Source: Dehalococcoidia bacterium | Lineage (GTDB): Bacteria; Chloroflexota; Dehalococcoidia; SM23-28-2; RBG-16-64-32 | Length of the DNA stretch: 64,000 nucleotides | Reading direction: 5' to 3' | NCBI GenBank assembly: GCA_963665775.2 | Contig: CAXXTF010000002.1 | Location: 864,001-928,000, forward strand | Shown: piece by piece, positions 48,855-58,829 of the stretch | Layout of the letters: each line of letters opens with the position of its first letter | How positions within the stretch are numbered: the first letter of the stretch is position 1 | Translations under genes and position numbers: made by a program | Notes under the pieces: model-generated | The model's input: the letters and a program-made list of their open reading frames with translations, nothing else | Database searches by the model: none | Told to the model about the DNA's origin: nothing

Positions 48855-49936
48855 TCGAGACCCGCCCCGGGAAGAGGCTCAGGGTGGGCATCGTGTTCGG
48901 CGGCCGTTCCGCTGAGCACGAGGTTTCCATCGTCTCCGCCCTGGGAGTGATCGGCGCCCTGGACCAGGACCGCTTCCAGAGCGTGCCTATCGGCGTCACG
49001 AAGCAGGGCACCTGGCTCACCCCCAGGCAGACGGAGCAGGCCCTGGCCGCCATCCGCTCGGAGCGTCTTCAGGCCCTGGAAGAGCCCCTGGGCGACGGCA
49101 TCCTCTACCGGACGCAGGCCCTGACCGCCCTGCGAAGGCTGGACGTCGCCTTCCCGCTGATCCACGGCAGCAGCGGCGAGGACGGAACCCTCCAGGGCTT
49201 CCTGGAGCTGGCTGGTATCCCTTACGTGGGAGCCGGCGTGGCCGCCAGCGCCCTGGGCATGGACAAGGCCCTCCAGAAGACGCTCTTCCGCCAGCACGGC
49301 CTCCCCCTACCGGACGACCTCATCATTCTGGCCAACCGCTGGCAGACCGACGCGACGGCAGTGGTCCGAGAGGTGGAAGCCGCCATCGCCTACCCGTGCT
49401 TCGTCAAGCCGGTCAACGGCGGCTCCAGCATCGGCACCTCCAGGGCCCGCTCCCGCGAGGAGATGGACGAGGCCCTGGCAGAGGCCTTCCGATACGACCG
49501 CAGGGCGCTGGTGGAGGAAGCCGTGGAGGGTCGCCAGGTGGAGGTGGCCGTCCTGGGCAACGACGATCCGGAAGCCTCCCCCGTGGGCGAGATAACCTTC
49601 GCCGGCGAGTTCTACGACTACCACGCCAAGTATCAGGACCCGAGCACCAAGCTCCACATCCCGGCCGACATCCCGGCCCACATCGCCGAGCGCATCCGGG
49701 AGATGGCGCTGACCGCCTACAGGGCGATCGACTGTGCCGGGCTGGCCCGGGTCGACTTCTTCCTGACGCCGGACGGACGCCCGATCCTCAACGAGGTGAA
49801 CACCATCCCCGGCTTCACCCCCATGAGCATGTACCCCAAGCTGTGGGAACAGGCCGGCCTCTCCTACCGAGAGCTTATAACCCGCCTCATACAGCTAGCC
49901 TTTGAACGCCACGGGGAGAAACGCCGTGTCCGTTAA
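48851..49936 (+). CDS. ddl: D-alanine--D-alanine ligase
   Basis: FGGRSAEHEVS, HGSSGEDG, GSSIG, YDYHAKY, NEVNTIPGFT. Confidence 0.96.
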   Translation: MIETRPGKRLRVGIVFGGRSAEHEVSIVSALGVIGALDQDRFQSVPIGVTKQGTWLTPRQTEQALAAIRSERLQALEEPLGDGILYRTQALTALRRLDVAFPLIHGSSGEDGTLQGFLELAGIPYVGAGVAASALGMDKALQKTLFRQHGLPLPDDLIILANRWQTDATAVVREVEAAIAYPCFVKPVNGGSSIGTSRARSREEMDEALAEAFRYDRRALVEEAVEGRQVEVAVLGNDDPEASPVGEITFAGEFYDYHAKYQDPSTKLHIPADIPAHIAERIREMALTAYRAIDCAGLARVDFFLTPDGRPILNEVNTIPGFTPMSMYPKLWEQAGLSYRELITRLIQLAFERHGEKRRVR

Positions 49937-50735
49937 CCACCGACGGACGGCCTCCTCGACTGGCAGCCGTCGCCAGCGGCCCATCAAGGGCCATATCGTC
50001 CCGGACGACCGGCTGGAGCGACGCCTCCGTCGCATCCGCTGGCGACGCAGCGCAGTTGCCCTGGCGATCGTGGGGGCGATCATCGGGATGGTGGCCATGT
50101 ACTGGTCACCTCTCGTGCGGGTCCAGGAGATCCAGATTGCGGGGACAGACAACCTCGATGCCTTCCAGACAGCCCAGCTAGCGGCCCTGGGCGGTCAGAG
50201 CATGCTCCTCCGGCTGGACCTCGAGAGGGCCGAGGCCAGCATCGAAGCCCTACCGCTGGTGAAATCTGTCGAAGCGACCAAGCGCTGGCCCCACACGGTC
50301 CACATCCAGATCACGGAGCGCCCTCCCTGGGGCTACTGGCAAGTCGGCGACGCAACCTACGTCATCGACGTCGAAGGGGTCGTCCTCCCGGACCTGCCGG
50401 ACGTTCGGCCGGCTGAAGGCGCGCCCGTCATCGAAGACCTGAGCAGCGCTATCGTTCTCCGGCCCGGCGACCGCGTCGACTCGGACATCGTCGCCCTGGT
50501 CCTAGCCACCCTCGAGCGGGCGCCCGAGGCGCTGGGTATCAGCAATCTGGAGTATAGCCCGGAGGTCGGGCTCTCCCTCACCACCGAGAGCGGCTATCGC
50601 GTAGTCCTGGGCGATAGCCAGAACGTGGACTATAAGCTGGCCGTTTGGCAAGCCCTGGGGCAGGAGCTGGGACCGGATGCGATGGTCGGCCGTACCCTAG
50701 ACCTGCGTTTCCAGGACCGCCCTTCCTTACAGTGA
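49926..50735 (+). CDS. ftsQ: Cell division protein FtsQ/DivIB
   Basis: Basic N-tail, one TM, POTRA region (RWPHTVHIQITER), LDLRF C-terminus. Confidence 0.88.
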   Translation: MSVNHRRTASSTGSRRQRPIKGHIVPDDRLERRLRRIRWRRSAVALAIVGAIIGMVAMYWSPLVRVQEIQIAGTDNLDAFQTAQLAALGGQSMLLRLDLERAEASIEALPLVKSVEATKRWPHTVHIQITERPPWGYWQVGDATYVIDVEGVVLPDLPDVRPAEGAPVIEDLSSAIVLRPGDRVDSDIVALVLATLERAPEALGISNLEYSPEVGLSLTTESGYRVVLGDSQNVDYKLAVWQALGQELGPDAMVGRTLDLRFQDRPSLQ

Positions 50736-50756
50736 GCTAGTGGAGGCGATATCGCG

Positions 50757-52007
50757 TTGAAAGAGAGTATCCTGGCCGCGATAGATGTCGGTAGCAGCAA
50801 GGTCTGCACACTGGTAGCGGAGGTCACTCCGGACGCGGACCTGCGCATCCTGGGGGTGGGCATCACGCCCGCGCAAGGCATCAGGAAGGGGATGGTCGAC
50901 AACATCCATGAGGCTACCGAGGCTATCGTCAACTCCGTGGAGCGGGCCGAACGTTCCAGCGGCAGCCGCATCATGTCCGCGCACGTAAGCATCGGCGGCA
51001 ACCACACTACCTCCCTGAACAACCGCGGCATCGCCACCATCCCGGGCAGACAACGACCGATCACTAATGAAGATATTGACCGGGCTATGGAAGGGGCCCA
51101 ATCGTTGAGCCTGCCCACCAATCGCGAGGTGCTGCACGCCGTTCCCCGCTTCTTCATCGTGGACGGCCAGGAACAGGTCACCGACCCCGTAGGCATGTTC
51201 GGCCAGCGGCTGGACATGGATACCCACATCGTCACCGGCTCCGTGACGGCCATTCAGAACCTCACCCAGTGCGTAGAGGGCGCCGGCGTCCAGGTGGAGG
51301 CGCTCGTCTTCGCCCCCATGGCCGCAGCGGAGGCCGTGTTAGAGGACGAGGAGAAGCAGCAGGGGGTGATCCTGGCGGACATCGGCGGCGGCACCACGGA
51401 CTTGGCGGTGTTTGTGGAGGGCGGCATCCTCCACACCTCTGTGCTGCCGGTGGGCGGCTATCATCTGACGCGCGACCTGGTCGCCGGGCTGCGCGCCCCC
51501 TTCTCCCACGTGGAGGAGGCGAAGCTGAACTTCGGCTCCGCCCTGCCCAGCCAGATCGACGCCGAGGAGACCGTGGAGCTGGAGGCGTTCGGGGGGCAAC
51601 GGGTCAAGGAGGTCTCCCGCCGACGCATCGCCGAGATACTGCAGGCGCGGGTGGAGGAGGTGCTGGAGATGATCTACATCGACGTCAAGCGGGCCGGCTT
51701 CGACGATATGATCGCCGCCGGGCTGGTCCTCAGCGGCGGCACGGCCGGCCTGCACGGCATCGCTGAGCTCGCCGAGCTCGTGCTCCGCATACCGGTGCGG
51801 ACCGGCGTGCCCCAGGGCATCCACGGCCTGGCGGATTCCCTCAACAGCCCGGCCTACGCCACCAGCGTGGGCCTGCTCCACTGGGCGATGCGCGCGAACG
51901 GGCACAACGGCCACGCCCCCCGGCGCCAGCTACGTTTGCCCGACCTACAGCCTAGGGGCCTTCTGGAAGCCATGCGCAAGTGGTTCAAAGCGCTCATACC
52001 GTCATAG
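50757..52007 (+). CDS. ftsA: Cell division protein FtsA
   Basis: IDVGSSKVC, DIGGGTT, VLSGG, C-terminal amphipathic helix. Confidence 0.96.
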   Translation: MKESILAAIDVGSSKVCTLVAEVTPDADLRILGVGITPAQGIRKGMVDNIHEATEAIVNSVERAERSSGSRIMSAHVSIGGNHTTSLNNRGIATIPGRQRPITNEDIDRAMEGAQSLSLPTNREVLHAVPRFFIVDGQEQVTDPVGMFGQRLDMDTHIVTGSVTAIQNLTQCVEGAGVQVEALVFAPMAAAEAVLEDEEKQQGVILADIGGGTTDLAVFVEGGILHTSVLPVGGYHLTRDLVAGLRAPFSHVEEAKLNFGSALPSQIDAEETVELEAFGGQRVKEVSRRRIAEILQARVEEVLEMIYIDVKRAGFDDMIAAGLVLSGGTAGLHGIAELAELVLRIPVRTGVPQGIHGLADSLNSPAYATSVGLLHWAMRANGHNGHAPRRQLRLPDLQPRGLLEAMRKWFKALIPS

Positions 52008-52057
52008 AATATCGACAGATTCAAGCGATAGCTGAGAAAGAGAAAAGGAGGCAGGCA

Positions 52058-53128
52058 GTGGCAACAAGAGCGAACCTAGACGGCCTTCCGCCTATAACGG
52101 TGGTCGGCATAGGGGGCGGCGGTTGCAACGCCGTTAACCGCATGGTCCAGGAGCGGATCGGCGGCGTCGAGTTTGTGGGGATCAACACCGACGCCCAGGC
52201 CCTGATGCGCTGCGAGGCCGAGACTCGCATGCGCATCGGCGACCGGATCACGAGGGGGCTCGGTGTAGGGGGCGATCCCGAGCGAGGCCGGGACGCCGCC
52301 GAGGAGTCGCGCGATGAGCTGAAGGACGCCATCAAGGGCGCGGACATGGTGTTCATCACCGCCGGCATGGGCGGCGGCACCGGTACCGGCGCTGCCCCCT
52401 TGGTAGCTCAGGTGGCCAAGGACGCCGGCGCCCTCACCATCGCCATCGTCAGCAAGCCCTTCTCCTTCGAGGGCGCTCACCGGCGGCAGATCGCCGAGCA
52501 GGGGATCGCCCAGCTACGGAAGGAGGTCGATACCCTCATCGTCATCCCCAACGACCGCCTGTTGGCCATCTGCGACCAGAAGGCCACCGTGGCAGAGTCC
52601 TTCCTGATGGCCGACGACGTTTTGCGCCAGGGCATTCAGGGGATATCCGAGCTCATTACCGTGCCGGGGGAGATCAACCTGGATTTCGCCGATGTCCGCC
52701 GCATCATGTCCGAAGCCGGCCCCGCCATCATGGCCATCGGCCGCGCCGGGGGCGAAAACCGAGCCGTACAGGCGGCGCAGGCGGCCATCTCCAGCCCCCT
52801 GCTGGACGTCAGCATCCACGGCGCCAGCGGCATCCTGTTCAACGTCACCAGCTCCGGCGATATTGGGTTGCACGAACTGAACATGGCCGCCCAGGTCATC
52901 GCCGAGGTGGTCGATCCGGAGGCGGAGATCATCTTCGGTACCGCCACTGACCCCGATCTGGGCGATGAGGTGAAGATTACCCTTATCGCCGTCGGTTTCG
53001 CCCTCCCCGAGGTGTTCGAATCGCAGGCCGACGACGAGGAGTTCCACCGAATACGGGCTGACGCCCTGGATAATACCGGGGATACCGACCTGCCAACGTT
53101 TCTTCGCCGGCCCGTCTCAATACGTTAA
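52058..53128 (+). CDS. ftsZ: Cell division protein FtsZ
   Basis: GGGGCNAVNRM, GMGGGTGTG, INLDFADV, DLPTFLRR tail; AGGAGG before GTG 52058. Confidence 0.98.
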   Translation: MATRANLDGLPPITVVGIGGGGCNAVNRMVQERIGGVEFVGINTDAQALMRCEAETRMRIGDRITRGLGVGGDPERGRDAAEESRDELKDAIKGADMVFITAGMGGGTGTGAAPLVAQVAKDAGALTIAIVSKPFSFEGAHRRQIAEQGIAQLRKEVDTLIVIPNDRLLAICDQKATVAESFLMADDVLRQGIQGISELITVPGEINLDFADVRRIMSEAGPAIMAIGRAGGENRAVQAAQAAISSPLLDVSIHGASGILFNVTSSGDIGLHELNMAAQVIAEVVDPEAEIIFGTATDPDLGDEVKITLIAVGFALPEVFESQADDEEFHRIRADALDNTGDTDLPTFLRRPVSIR

Positions 53129-53254
53129 CTAACGCCGGATCACGCCGCCAGCGTGGCTTCGGCGCTAGGATTCCGCAAGCGTCTAGGGAAAGGAGGTTTT
53201 ATAGAGCGGGACAAAAGTTGACCGACCGCTAGCACGACCGTCCCGGCATCGGTC

Positions 53255-53315
53255 GGGACAAGGCGCCGCAGGGCTGTTTGCCTCCCCAGACGTCCCTGCG
53301 GCGTCGCCTTTCCCC
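53255..53315 (+). terminator. GC-rich hairpin downstream of ftsZ
   Basis: GGCGCCGCAGGG (53262-53273) pairs with CCCTGCGGCGTC (53294-53305). Confidence 0.5.
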
Positions 53316-53330
53316 GCCACTGGCGAGATG
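53295..53330 (+). repeat. Direct repeat A, copy 1 (36 bp)
   Basis: 35/36 identical to 61300-61335. Confidence 0.92.
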
Positions 53331-53331
53331 C

Positions 53332-53400
53332 CACACGAAGCTTGGCGTCAGGAACAAAGTTGCGCTGGTGGACGTTTTGTACAAGCTAGGCTCGCAATGA
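53332..53400 (+). pseudogene. C-terminal remnant of a LuxR-type HTH gene
   Basis: HTKLGVRNKVALVDVLYKLGSQ* matches the KLGVxNR end of LuxR domains; starts right after repeat A. Confidence 0.55.
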
Positions 53401-53499
53401 ACTTTCCCAAAACTCACCAAAACGGATGATTGACAATGTTACCCACGTAGAATATTAAGGTAGTACATTGCGATCTGTGAATTGCACGGAGGATACGAA

Positions 53500-54336
53500 A
53501 TGAAAATGGCTGGAGCGCCCAGAGCCCTTGTAGTGCTACTTCCGGTCCTGGCCATTGCCGGCGCGGTCCTAGCTTTCCTCTTGGTGGACAGGTCATCCGG
53601 CACTCCCGATGCGGCAGCCGTGCTTGCCCGCGCTCAAGCTGCTGAAGAGGAAGTCCTCAGCCAATTAACTGAGGGCAAAGTCCTACACGTTCAGGACAGG
53701 ATATATAAGAGGCATGGCCCGGCCGCCGAAACCATCAAGGATCGGTCGTCCGAATGGTACCTGCCGGAAACGCGTGTCACGGACACCTGGGCCGAGGTGG
53801 GGACGGGGGGCGAAATTGTGCGTATATGGGGCTTAGTTAAGGATGAGAGGACCGGCTCGCTCTTGCAGAGAACCGTAACGACCGGGAGTGAGATAGTCAT
53901 CCAAGACGTAGCCACAGGGGAAGAGAAACAAATACCGTTTGCTGTCTCTGTGCAGGATTTGTTAACTCGCCTGAATGAGGCGATAGAGGCGAGGGCGGAG
54001 CAGAGCCAGAGCGGTTCTGAGGTTAGCGGCGAGGAGATGATAGGCAACCGGACAGTGATCGTACTGGACGGGCCAGCTAGTCCATACCTATCGGCGGCGG
54101 CGGAACAGGAGAGCACTTTTGCGGGAGGCGGCTACTCCCTGCCGTATGTGGTGGACCTTGAGCCGGTAAGTATCTTCCGCCGGGTCACCGTAGACAAGGA
54201 GTCATTCGTGCCGCTACGGTGGTCCTTCGTGGTCGTCGATGCCGCTGGCAACGAGTACATCATAGAAGAGAGGCAGCGGCTTGTGTTTGAGGCGGTAGAC
54301 GTCAGCCAGGTTCCGATCATCCTTGGAGCGAGGTAG
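53500..54336 (+). CDS. Hypothetical membrane-anchored or secreted protein
   Basis: GGAGGA RBS, N-terminal TM helix, DAAAVLARA, beta-rich remainder; lower GC. Confidence 0.75.
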   Translation: MKMAGAPRALVVLLPVLAIAGAVLAFLLVDRSSGTPDAAAVLARAQAAEEEVLSQLTEGKVLHVQDRIYKRHGPAAETIKDRSSEWYLPETRVTDTWAEVGTGGEIVRIWGLVKDERTGSLLQRTVTTGSEIVIQDVATGEEKQIPFAVSVQDLLTRLNEAIEARAEQSQSGSEVSGEEMIGNRTVIVLDGPASPYLSAAAEQESTFAGGGYSLPYVVDLEPVSIFRRVTVDKESFVPLRWSFVVVDAAGNEYIIEERQRLVFEAVDVSQVPIILGAR

Positions 54337-54848
54337 CTGTTATATCATTAGGGTGAAGTGCTCTACCTGGCTTCCGTTGCATACCTCTTTCTTGCTTACC
54401 CGGCCTACATCTTGTTCGTGGCTCTAGCGCTGCGCCGAGGCTGGTCGGCTCACCTGACCGGTGCGCATATGGTCTGGCCAATCACAATGGTTGTGTTGCC
54501 TGCTGTGCTGGCAGGAACGTTCTATCTCCTCCTAGTAAATGACGCGGCCTCTAACGAATCGCATGACGGCGGCATCCTACGCTGGATTCTTCTTGGATAC
54601 GTCTTAGGTGCATCGCTATTCATCGTCGGCTCGGCACTCGGGTTGAGAGAGCGGGACTCAGGGCTTCCCTATCGCACTCTAGGCTGGAGCATTATGGCCG
54701 GAATAACGTTGATCCCGAGCTATATCTTGATCTTGTTCGTTCCTTTGGCTGGCCTGGTCGCGTTCTGGGTGCCTCCTCGGAAGTCCCCACGGGGTCGCTT
54801 CCTCCGCCACCGGCGAGATGCCAGCTAGGTCGCGGAGGAAACCGGCAG
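54335..54848 (+). repeat. Direct repeat B, copy 1 (514 bp)
   Basis: Matches 61680-62169 apart from a 24-bp indel and about 16 substitutions counted by eye; ends with LPVSSAT*, the 3' tip of the kinase gene. Confidence 0.95.
54358..54828 (+). CDS. Hypothetical 4-TM membrane protein, copy 1
   Basis: Four hydrophobic helices; frame conserved in both copies including an in-frame indel. Confidence 0.7.
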   Translation: MLYLASVAYLFLAYPAYILFVALALRRGWSAHLTGAHMVWPITMVVLPAVLAGTFYLLLVNDAASNESHDGGILRWILLGYVLGASLFIVGSALGLRERDSGLPYRTLGWSIMAGITLIPSYILILFVPLAGLVAFWVPPRKSPRGRFLRHRRDAS

Positions 54849-54948
54849 AGGAGGACCACGGTGACACTAACAGGTCATAGCGTTCAGTCGAGACGGGGAA
54901 AAGCATTCCGCGATTGCAAGCCGCCCATTACCTCCCAGAACAGAACTG

Positions 54949-56154
54949 TCAGCCGCCGCTCCTGACGATACCGTCCTGCTCAAGCTGCCGGATTTCGTCC
55001 TCGCCGTAACCTGCCTCTCGGAGGAGCTCCCGAGTGTGTTGGCCCAGGACCGGGGCGAAGCTCTGAAAGGTTGCAGGGGTCCGCGAGAAACGGGTGGGAG
55101 AGCCCAACTGCCGCACTCGGCCCTCCGTAGGGTGCTCCAGTTCCCAGGCCATGCCGATGTGGCGCACCTGCGGGTCTTCCAAGGCTTCGGAGACGTCATT
55201 CACCGGTGCGGCACAGGTGTCCGCCTCCCAGAGGATCTTGAGCCACTCGTCCCGATCCTTGGTGAGGAAGATCTCCTGAACCTCCCTGATCATCTGGTCA
55301 TACTCAGGGCTTGCCGCCCGCTGCAGAGAAATGAACTCCTCCCGTCCGATGGCCCGACAGAAGTTCTCAAAGAAATAAGTCTCGGCGTTGCCGGTGCTTA
55401 AGTACCTACCGTCCTTGCATCTCAAGAAACTGAGGCTGGAGCCAGCCCTCCTACCAGGGTCAGCAGCTGAAATTCCTTGCAGCTGTGCCGATAGCGTGGG
55501 AAGAGCGAAGGCCATAACGCTCCCAAGCATGGAGACATCAATATACTGTCCTTCTCCGGTCTGCTCCCGTTCCAAAAGAGCAGCAAGGATGGCGATGGCG
55601 GCGAATAGGCTGCTCGTGCAGTCAGCGCTGGGGAGGCCGTGGCTGCTAGGCTCCCCTTCGCTGTTCAGCGTGGCAGAGAGGGTGCCGGCAAAGGCGGCGA
55701 TCTGGGGATAGTGGGCTGGGAGCTTGACGTAGGGCCCGCTCTGGCCGAAGGCGGACAGGCTGCAGTAGATAATCCTCGGATTGTGTTGCCGTAAGGTCTC
55801 GTAGTCCACCCCCATCCAGTTCACCACCGCTGGCCGGTACCCCTCCAGTACCACGTCAACTGCACGGACCAGCTTGTAAAACACCTCCTGGGCCTGGGGG
55901 CGCTTCTCCGGATCCAGGAGGTTCAGGGCGATGCTTTTCTTGTTGCGTGCCAGACTGTTGTGAGCCGCCGATCTGACCTCCTCGTCAGGGGTCGGATCGG
56001 GAGGCGTGAAGATGTCACGGCCCATGCCGTAGCGTGGCAGGGGCTCCTCCACCTTGATCACCTCAACGCCCATGTCGGCCAGAATGTGGGAGGCGAAAGG
56101 CCCTTGCAGCAACCGGGACAGGTCGAGCATCCGATAGTTCCGTAGCGACGCCAT
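54949..56154 (-). CDS. CaiB/BaiF family III CoA-transferase
   Basis: LDLSRLLQGP, ARNKKSIALNL, GEGQYIDVSM, APVLGQHT. Confidence 0.92.
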   Translation of the reverse strand: MASLRNYRMLDLSRLLQGPFASHILADMGVEVIKVEEPLPRYGMGRDIFTPPDPTPDEEVRSAAHNSLARNKKSIALNLLDPEKRPQAQEVFYKLVRAVDVVLEGYRPAVVNWMGVDYETLRQHNPRIIYCSLSAFGQSGPYVKLPAHYPQIAAFAGTLSATLNSEGEPSSHGLPSADCTSSLFAAIAILAALLEREQTGEGQYIDVSMLGSVMAFALPTLSAQLQGISAADPGRRAGSSLSFLRCKDGRYLSTGNAETYFFENFCRAIGREEFISLQRAASPEYDQMIREVQEIFLTKDRDEWLKILWEADTCAAPVNDVSEALEDPQVRHIGMAWELEHPTEGRVRQLGSPTRFSRTPATFQSFAPVLGQHTRELLREAGYGEDEIRQLEQDGIVRSGG

Positions 56155-56400
56155 CCTTGTGTCCTCCTTGCCTTTTATCCGGAATTCCCCATATCAAGCT
56201 GTCTGGGCCGCGAGTAAGGTGCCGTCTGGACGGCGCAGCCTCTTCCAAGATTCGCCGCACGCTCCACTATCGCCGACTCGATTATCCCAGCGAACGCCCC
56301 TGTTTCAGGCCAGCCTAATGCAGCGAGCAATCGGCTGGAAGCCCGGGCGAGGATCGTAGCACTATTGCGCCTTAGTGTGACGGAACGTCTCCCAGCGAGC

Positions 56401-56727
56401 TTATTGCATCGGCGAGAATGGAGTGGGCCTCAAGATCTCGTTCGTGGTCCGTTGAATGAGGGGCCCGTCCTTTTCAGACTCGACAAATATCCGCTGTCTT
56501 TCGGGATCTGCTACGAATTCCGAGAATGCTTTCTCCCGATGCTCCATATCATCGTAGGCCAGCATGTAGATGAGGCGATCGCTCGAGTCGCCTATGACAG
56601 TCGTCCAGAATCCGACGACCGTGATTCCGTGCTGCTCGAACAGCCGAATGGTGTGATCCGCGAATCTGTCCTGCAAGGCCTGCATCTTGCCTGGATACGA
56701 CTCGTAAGTCCGCAGTTCATATATCAA
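56401..56727 (-). CDS. NIPSNAP family protein
   Basis: IYELRTY, VVGFW, LIYMLAY, ILRPTPFSP. Confidence 0.92.
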   Translation of the reverse strand: MIYELRTYESYPGKMQALQDRFADHTIRLFEQHGITVVGFWTTVIGDSSDRLIYMLAYDDMEHREKAFSEFVADPERQRIFVESEKDGPLIQRTTNEILRPTPFSPMQ

Positions 56728-56743
56728 TGTAGTCCTTTCTGAA

Positions 56744-56950
56744 TCAGCGAGCTGCTTGGCGTCCTTGGGCGTTCAAGGCTCTGAGGTACAGGTTACTCTC
56801 GTTCCACAGATTCGTCAGGTTGAACTTGCGGATCTTCCAGCCCTGCTCAGTCCGGATCAGCTTGCTGTTGTAGTACCCCACGATGGTCCACCGGCTGGCA
56901 CGGAGTCCCGCACTATGCGAAACGTCATGCCGCGTGACTACTCCGATGAA
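56744..56950 (-). pseudogene. C-terminal remnant of a SnoaL/NTF2-like gene
   Basis: WTIVGYYNSKLIRTEQGWKIRKFNLTNLWNESN with no 5' half. Confidence 0.6.
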
Positions 56951-56968
56951 CCAAAGAGCTCCCAGGAT

Positions 56969-57077
56969 GGTCTTTCTCCAGACGAGGCAGAATCTGCGAG
57001 ACCTCAGTCAGGCGTCGGATGCCATAGGAGACGCCGTCCTTGCGGACTACCTCGGCAGGAGGCGGGTCGTTCTCCAT
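56969..57077 (-). pseudogene. 5' fragment of a GNAT gene (direct repeat C, partner of 59631-59739)
   Basis: MENDPPPAEVVRKDGVSYGIRRLTEVSQILPRLEKD vs MENDPPPVEVVTKDGVTYRIRQLTEVSQVLPRLERD. Confidence 0.85.
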
Positions 57078-57109
57078 GCGGTTATTTCTATAGACGTGAT
57101 GAACATCGG

Positions 57110-58018
57110 TCAGCCCGTGACCGGCATGTTGGCGGTCGCCCAGGCGTCGAACTTCGTGAACGGCTTTGTGGTGACGGTTTTGGCGAGGGCGATTTTGCTA
57201 GAGGCGTCGGGGCCAAAGTAGGTATGGGCCTCGAAATAGGAGAACATCTCGCGCACGGCGGGGGCCCACGGGGATTGAGCATCCCAGTCCCTGGCCGACA
57301 CCTCCTCGAAGGCGATGTCGTGGCCTTGGCGGCGGAGCACGGTGATGATGTCATCCCAGCTAAGCAGGTCTCCCGCGAGGGATAGGTGCTGCCCGGCGCC
57401 AACCTGTTCGGGCTTCTCGAACGCGCCCACGACGAGGTGCCCGAGCTCGCTGATGTCTCCCATGTGAATGCCACGAGCGTCTCGCCGCATGGGCTGGCTC
57501 CAGGTGGGTGTGCCGTCGCGACCGGGCTGCTTGGGGTACATGGGCGAAGTCAGGTTCTGGAAGTAGAAGGGCGGCTCAACGAAGGTGAAATAGTCGAAGC
57601 CCGCGGCCTCCACAGCGCCATCGACCCGGGCCTTATTGGTGAAGTGGGGCACCTGGAAATTGCCGTCAGAGATTTCCGCCACGCTCGGCAGCGTCGACCA
57701 AATGAAATGCGTCACACCCGCTGTCTTTGCGGCGTCGACCATCGCTTTGCCCTGGGCAATCTCGTCGGTGTCGGGTCCGGCGAACGAGTTGGTATTTGCA
57801 AACACGCCGTAGACCCCTTCGAACGCCTGACGTAGCGTGTCTGGCGCGTCGAAATCGGCCTCAACCACTTCGTCGGCGAGCCCGGCGGCCTTGGCGGGGT
57901 TGCGAGTCAAGGCGCGCACGACATAGCCACCGTGCGCTTGCAGGGCACGAACGACCGCTCCCCCCTGCGTCCCGGTGGCTCCGGCAACTGCGATGATTCT
58001 CTTCTTTGATTCGGACAT
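57110..58018 (-). CDS. NmrA/HSCARG family protein
   Basis: IAVAGATGTQGG, RALTRNP, WSTLP, VPHFTNK. Confidence 0.92.
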   Translation of the reverse strand: MSESKKRIIAVAGATGTQGGAVVRALQAHGGYVVRALTRNPAKAAGLADEVVEADFDAPDTLRQAFEGVYGVFANTNSFAGPDTDEIAQGKAMVDAAKTAGVTHFIWSTLPSVAEISDGNFQVPHFTNKARVDGAVEAAGFDYFTFVEPPFYFQNLTSPMYPKQPGRDGTPTWSQPMRRDARGIHMGDISELGHLVVGAFEKPEQVGAGQHLSLAGDLLSWDDIITVLRRQGHDIAFEEVSARDWDAQSPWAPAVREMFSYFEAHTYFGPDASSKIALAKTVTTKPFTKFDAWATANMPVTG

Positions 58019-58107
58019 GTCTGCCTCCATGCCGCTGATTGTACACCCGATAGATGCGGCTTTTAGGGCGTGCGTGTGTGCGTGCGGTAACGGTCCTAGG
58101 CGATCGC

Positions 58108-58536
58108 TCAGTCACCCGGATGCTGCTGTGGCCCTGCGCGACGCCCTTCTTCAGAAAAGGCGAAGGCAGTTAGTAAGGTGGCAAGGCCGAACGTGAGAAC
58201 GCCCACAGGCACGTGGATCGCTAAGAGGTCTCTATTGTCCCGTCCTGCATAACCAAGGCTGGATTGAGCGATCACGAGAGTCGCTAGTAGGACCGTGAGG
58301 ACCAGAACGCGCCGAGACCATCTAGTCCTCGTGACAAACACTAGGACGACGTGAACGATCACGAAAACGGTGAGGGCACTTGCGACCATCTCGTGGATAT
58401 CTACAGCCTCGCGATCGACAAAGAGAAAACGTCCGGCCAGTACGGCCTGCGTGAAGATCAGGAGCGTGACCAGGAGCGCCAGCCAACGATACAGGCCGGT
58501 CATCATCGGGGACGTTTCATGTGATTCCCACTCCAT
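58108..58536 (-). CDS. Small 4-TM membrane protein with in-membrane His residues
   Basis: QAVLAG, DIHEM, QSSLGY, AIHVP; start uncertain. Confidence 0.7.
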   Translation of the reverse strand: MEWESHETSPMMTGLYRWLALLVTLLIFTQAVLAGRFLFVDREAVDIHEMVASALTVFVIVHVVLVFVTRTRWSRRVLVLTVLLATLVIAQSSLGYAGRDNRDLLAIHVPVGVLTFGLATLLTAFAFSEEGRRAGPQQHPGD

Positions 58537-58829
58537 TACTCCAGGCAGTCGCCTGGGCTGAACTTTTGAAGTCATTCTAGCATGCAGGAAACCCCTTTTG
58601 CCCTGCTACTGCAGATAGAGAGGGACCCCCTTTTCGCTTCTCTGATAATAGCCGGCAGGCTCTATACGTACGGTTAGAGCGGCCCGGTTGCCTTCCCGTC
58701 CTCGTGGCCCCTCAGCCGCGAGCGCTACCGAGTACCAGGGAACGGCACCGACAGCGACGAAAACATGGCGCTCTGCGCTCGCGATTTCCTCATGCACTAT
58801 AGTGCTTATGTAAAGTATGGGAGTGCCAG

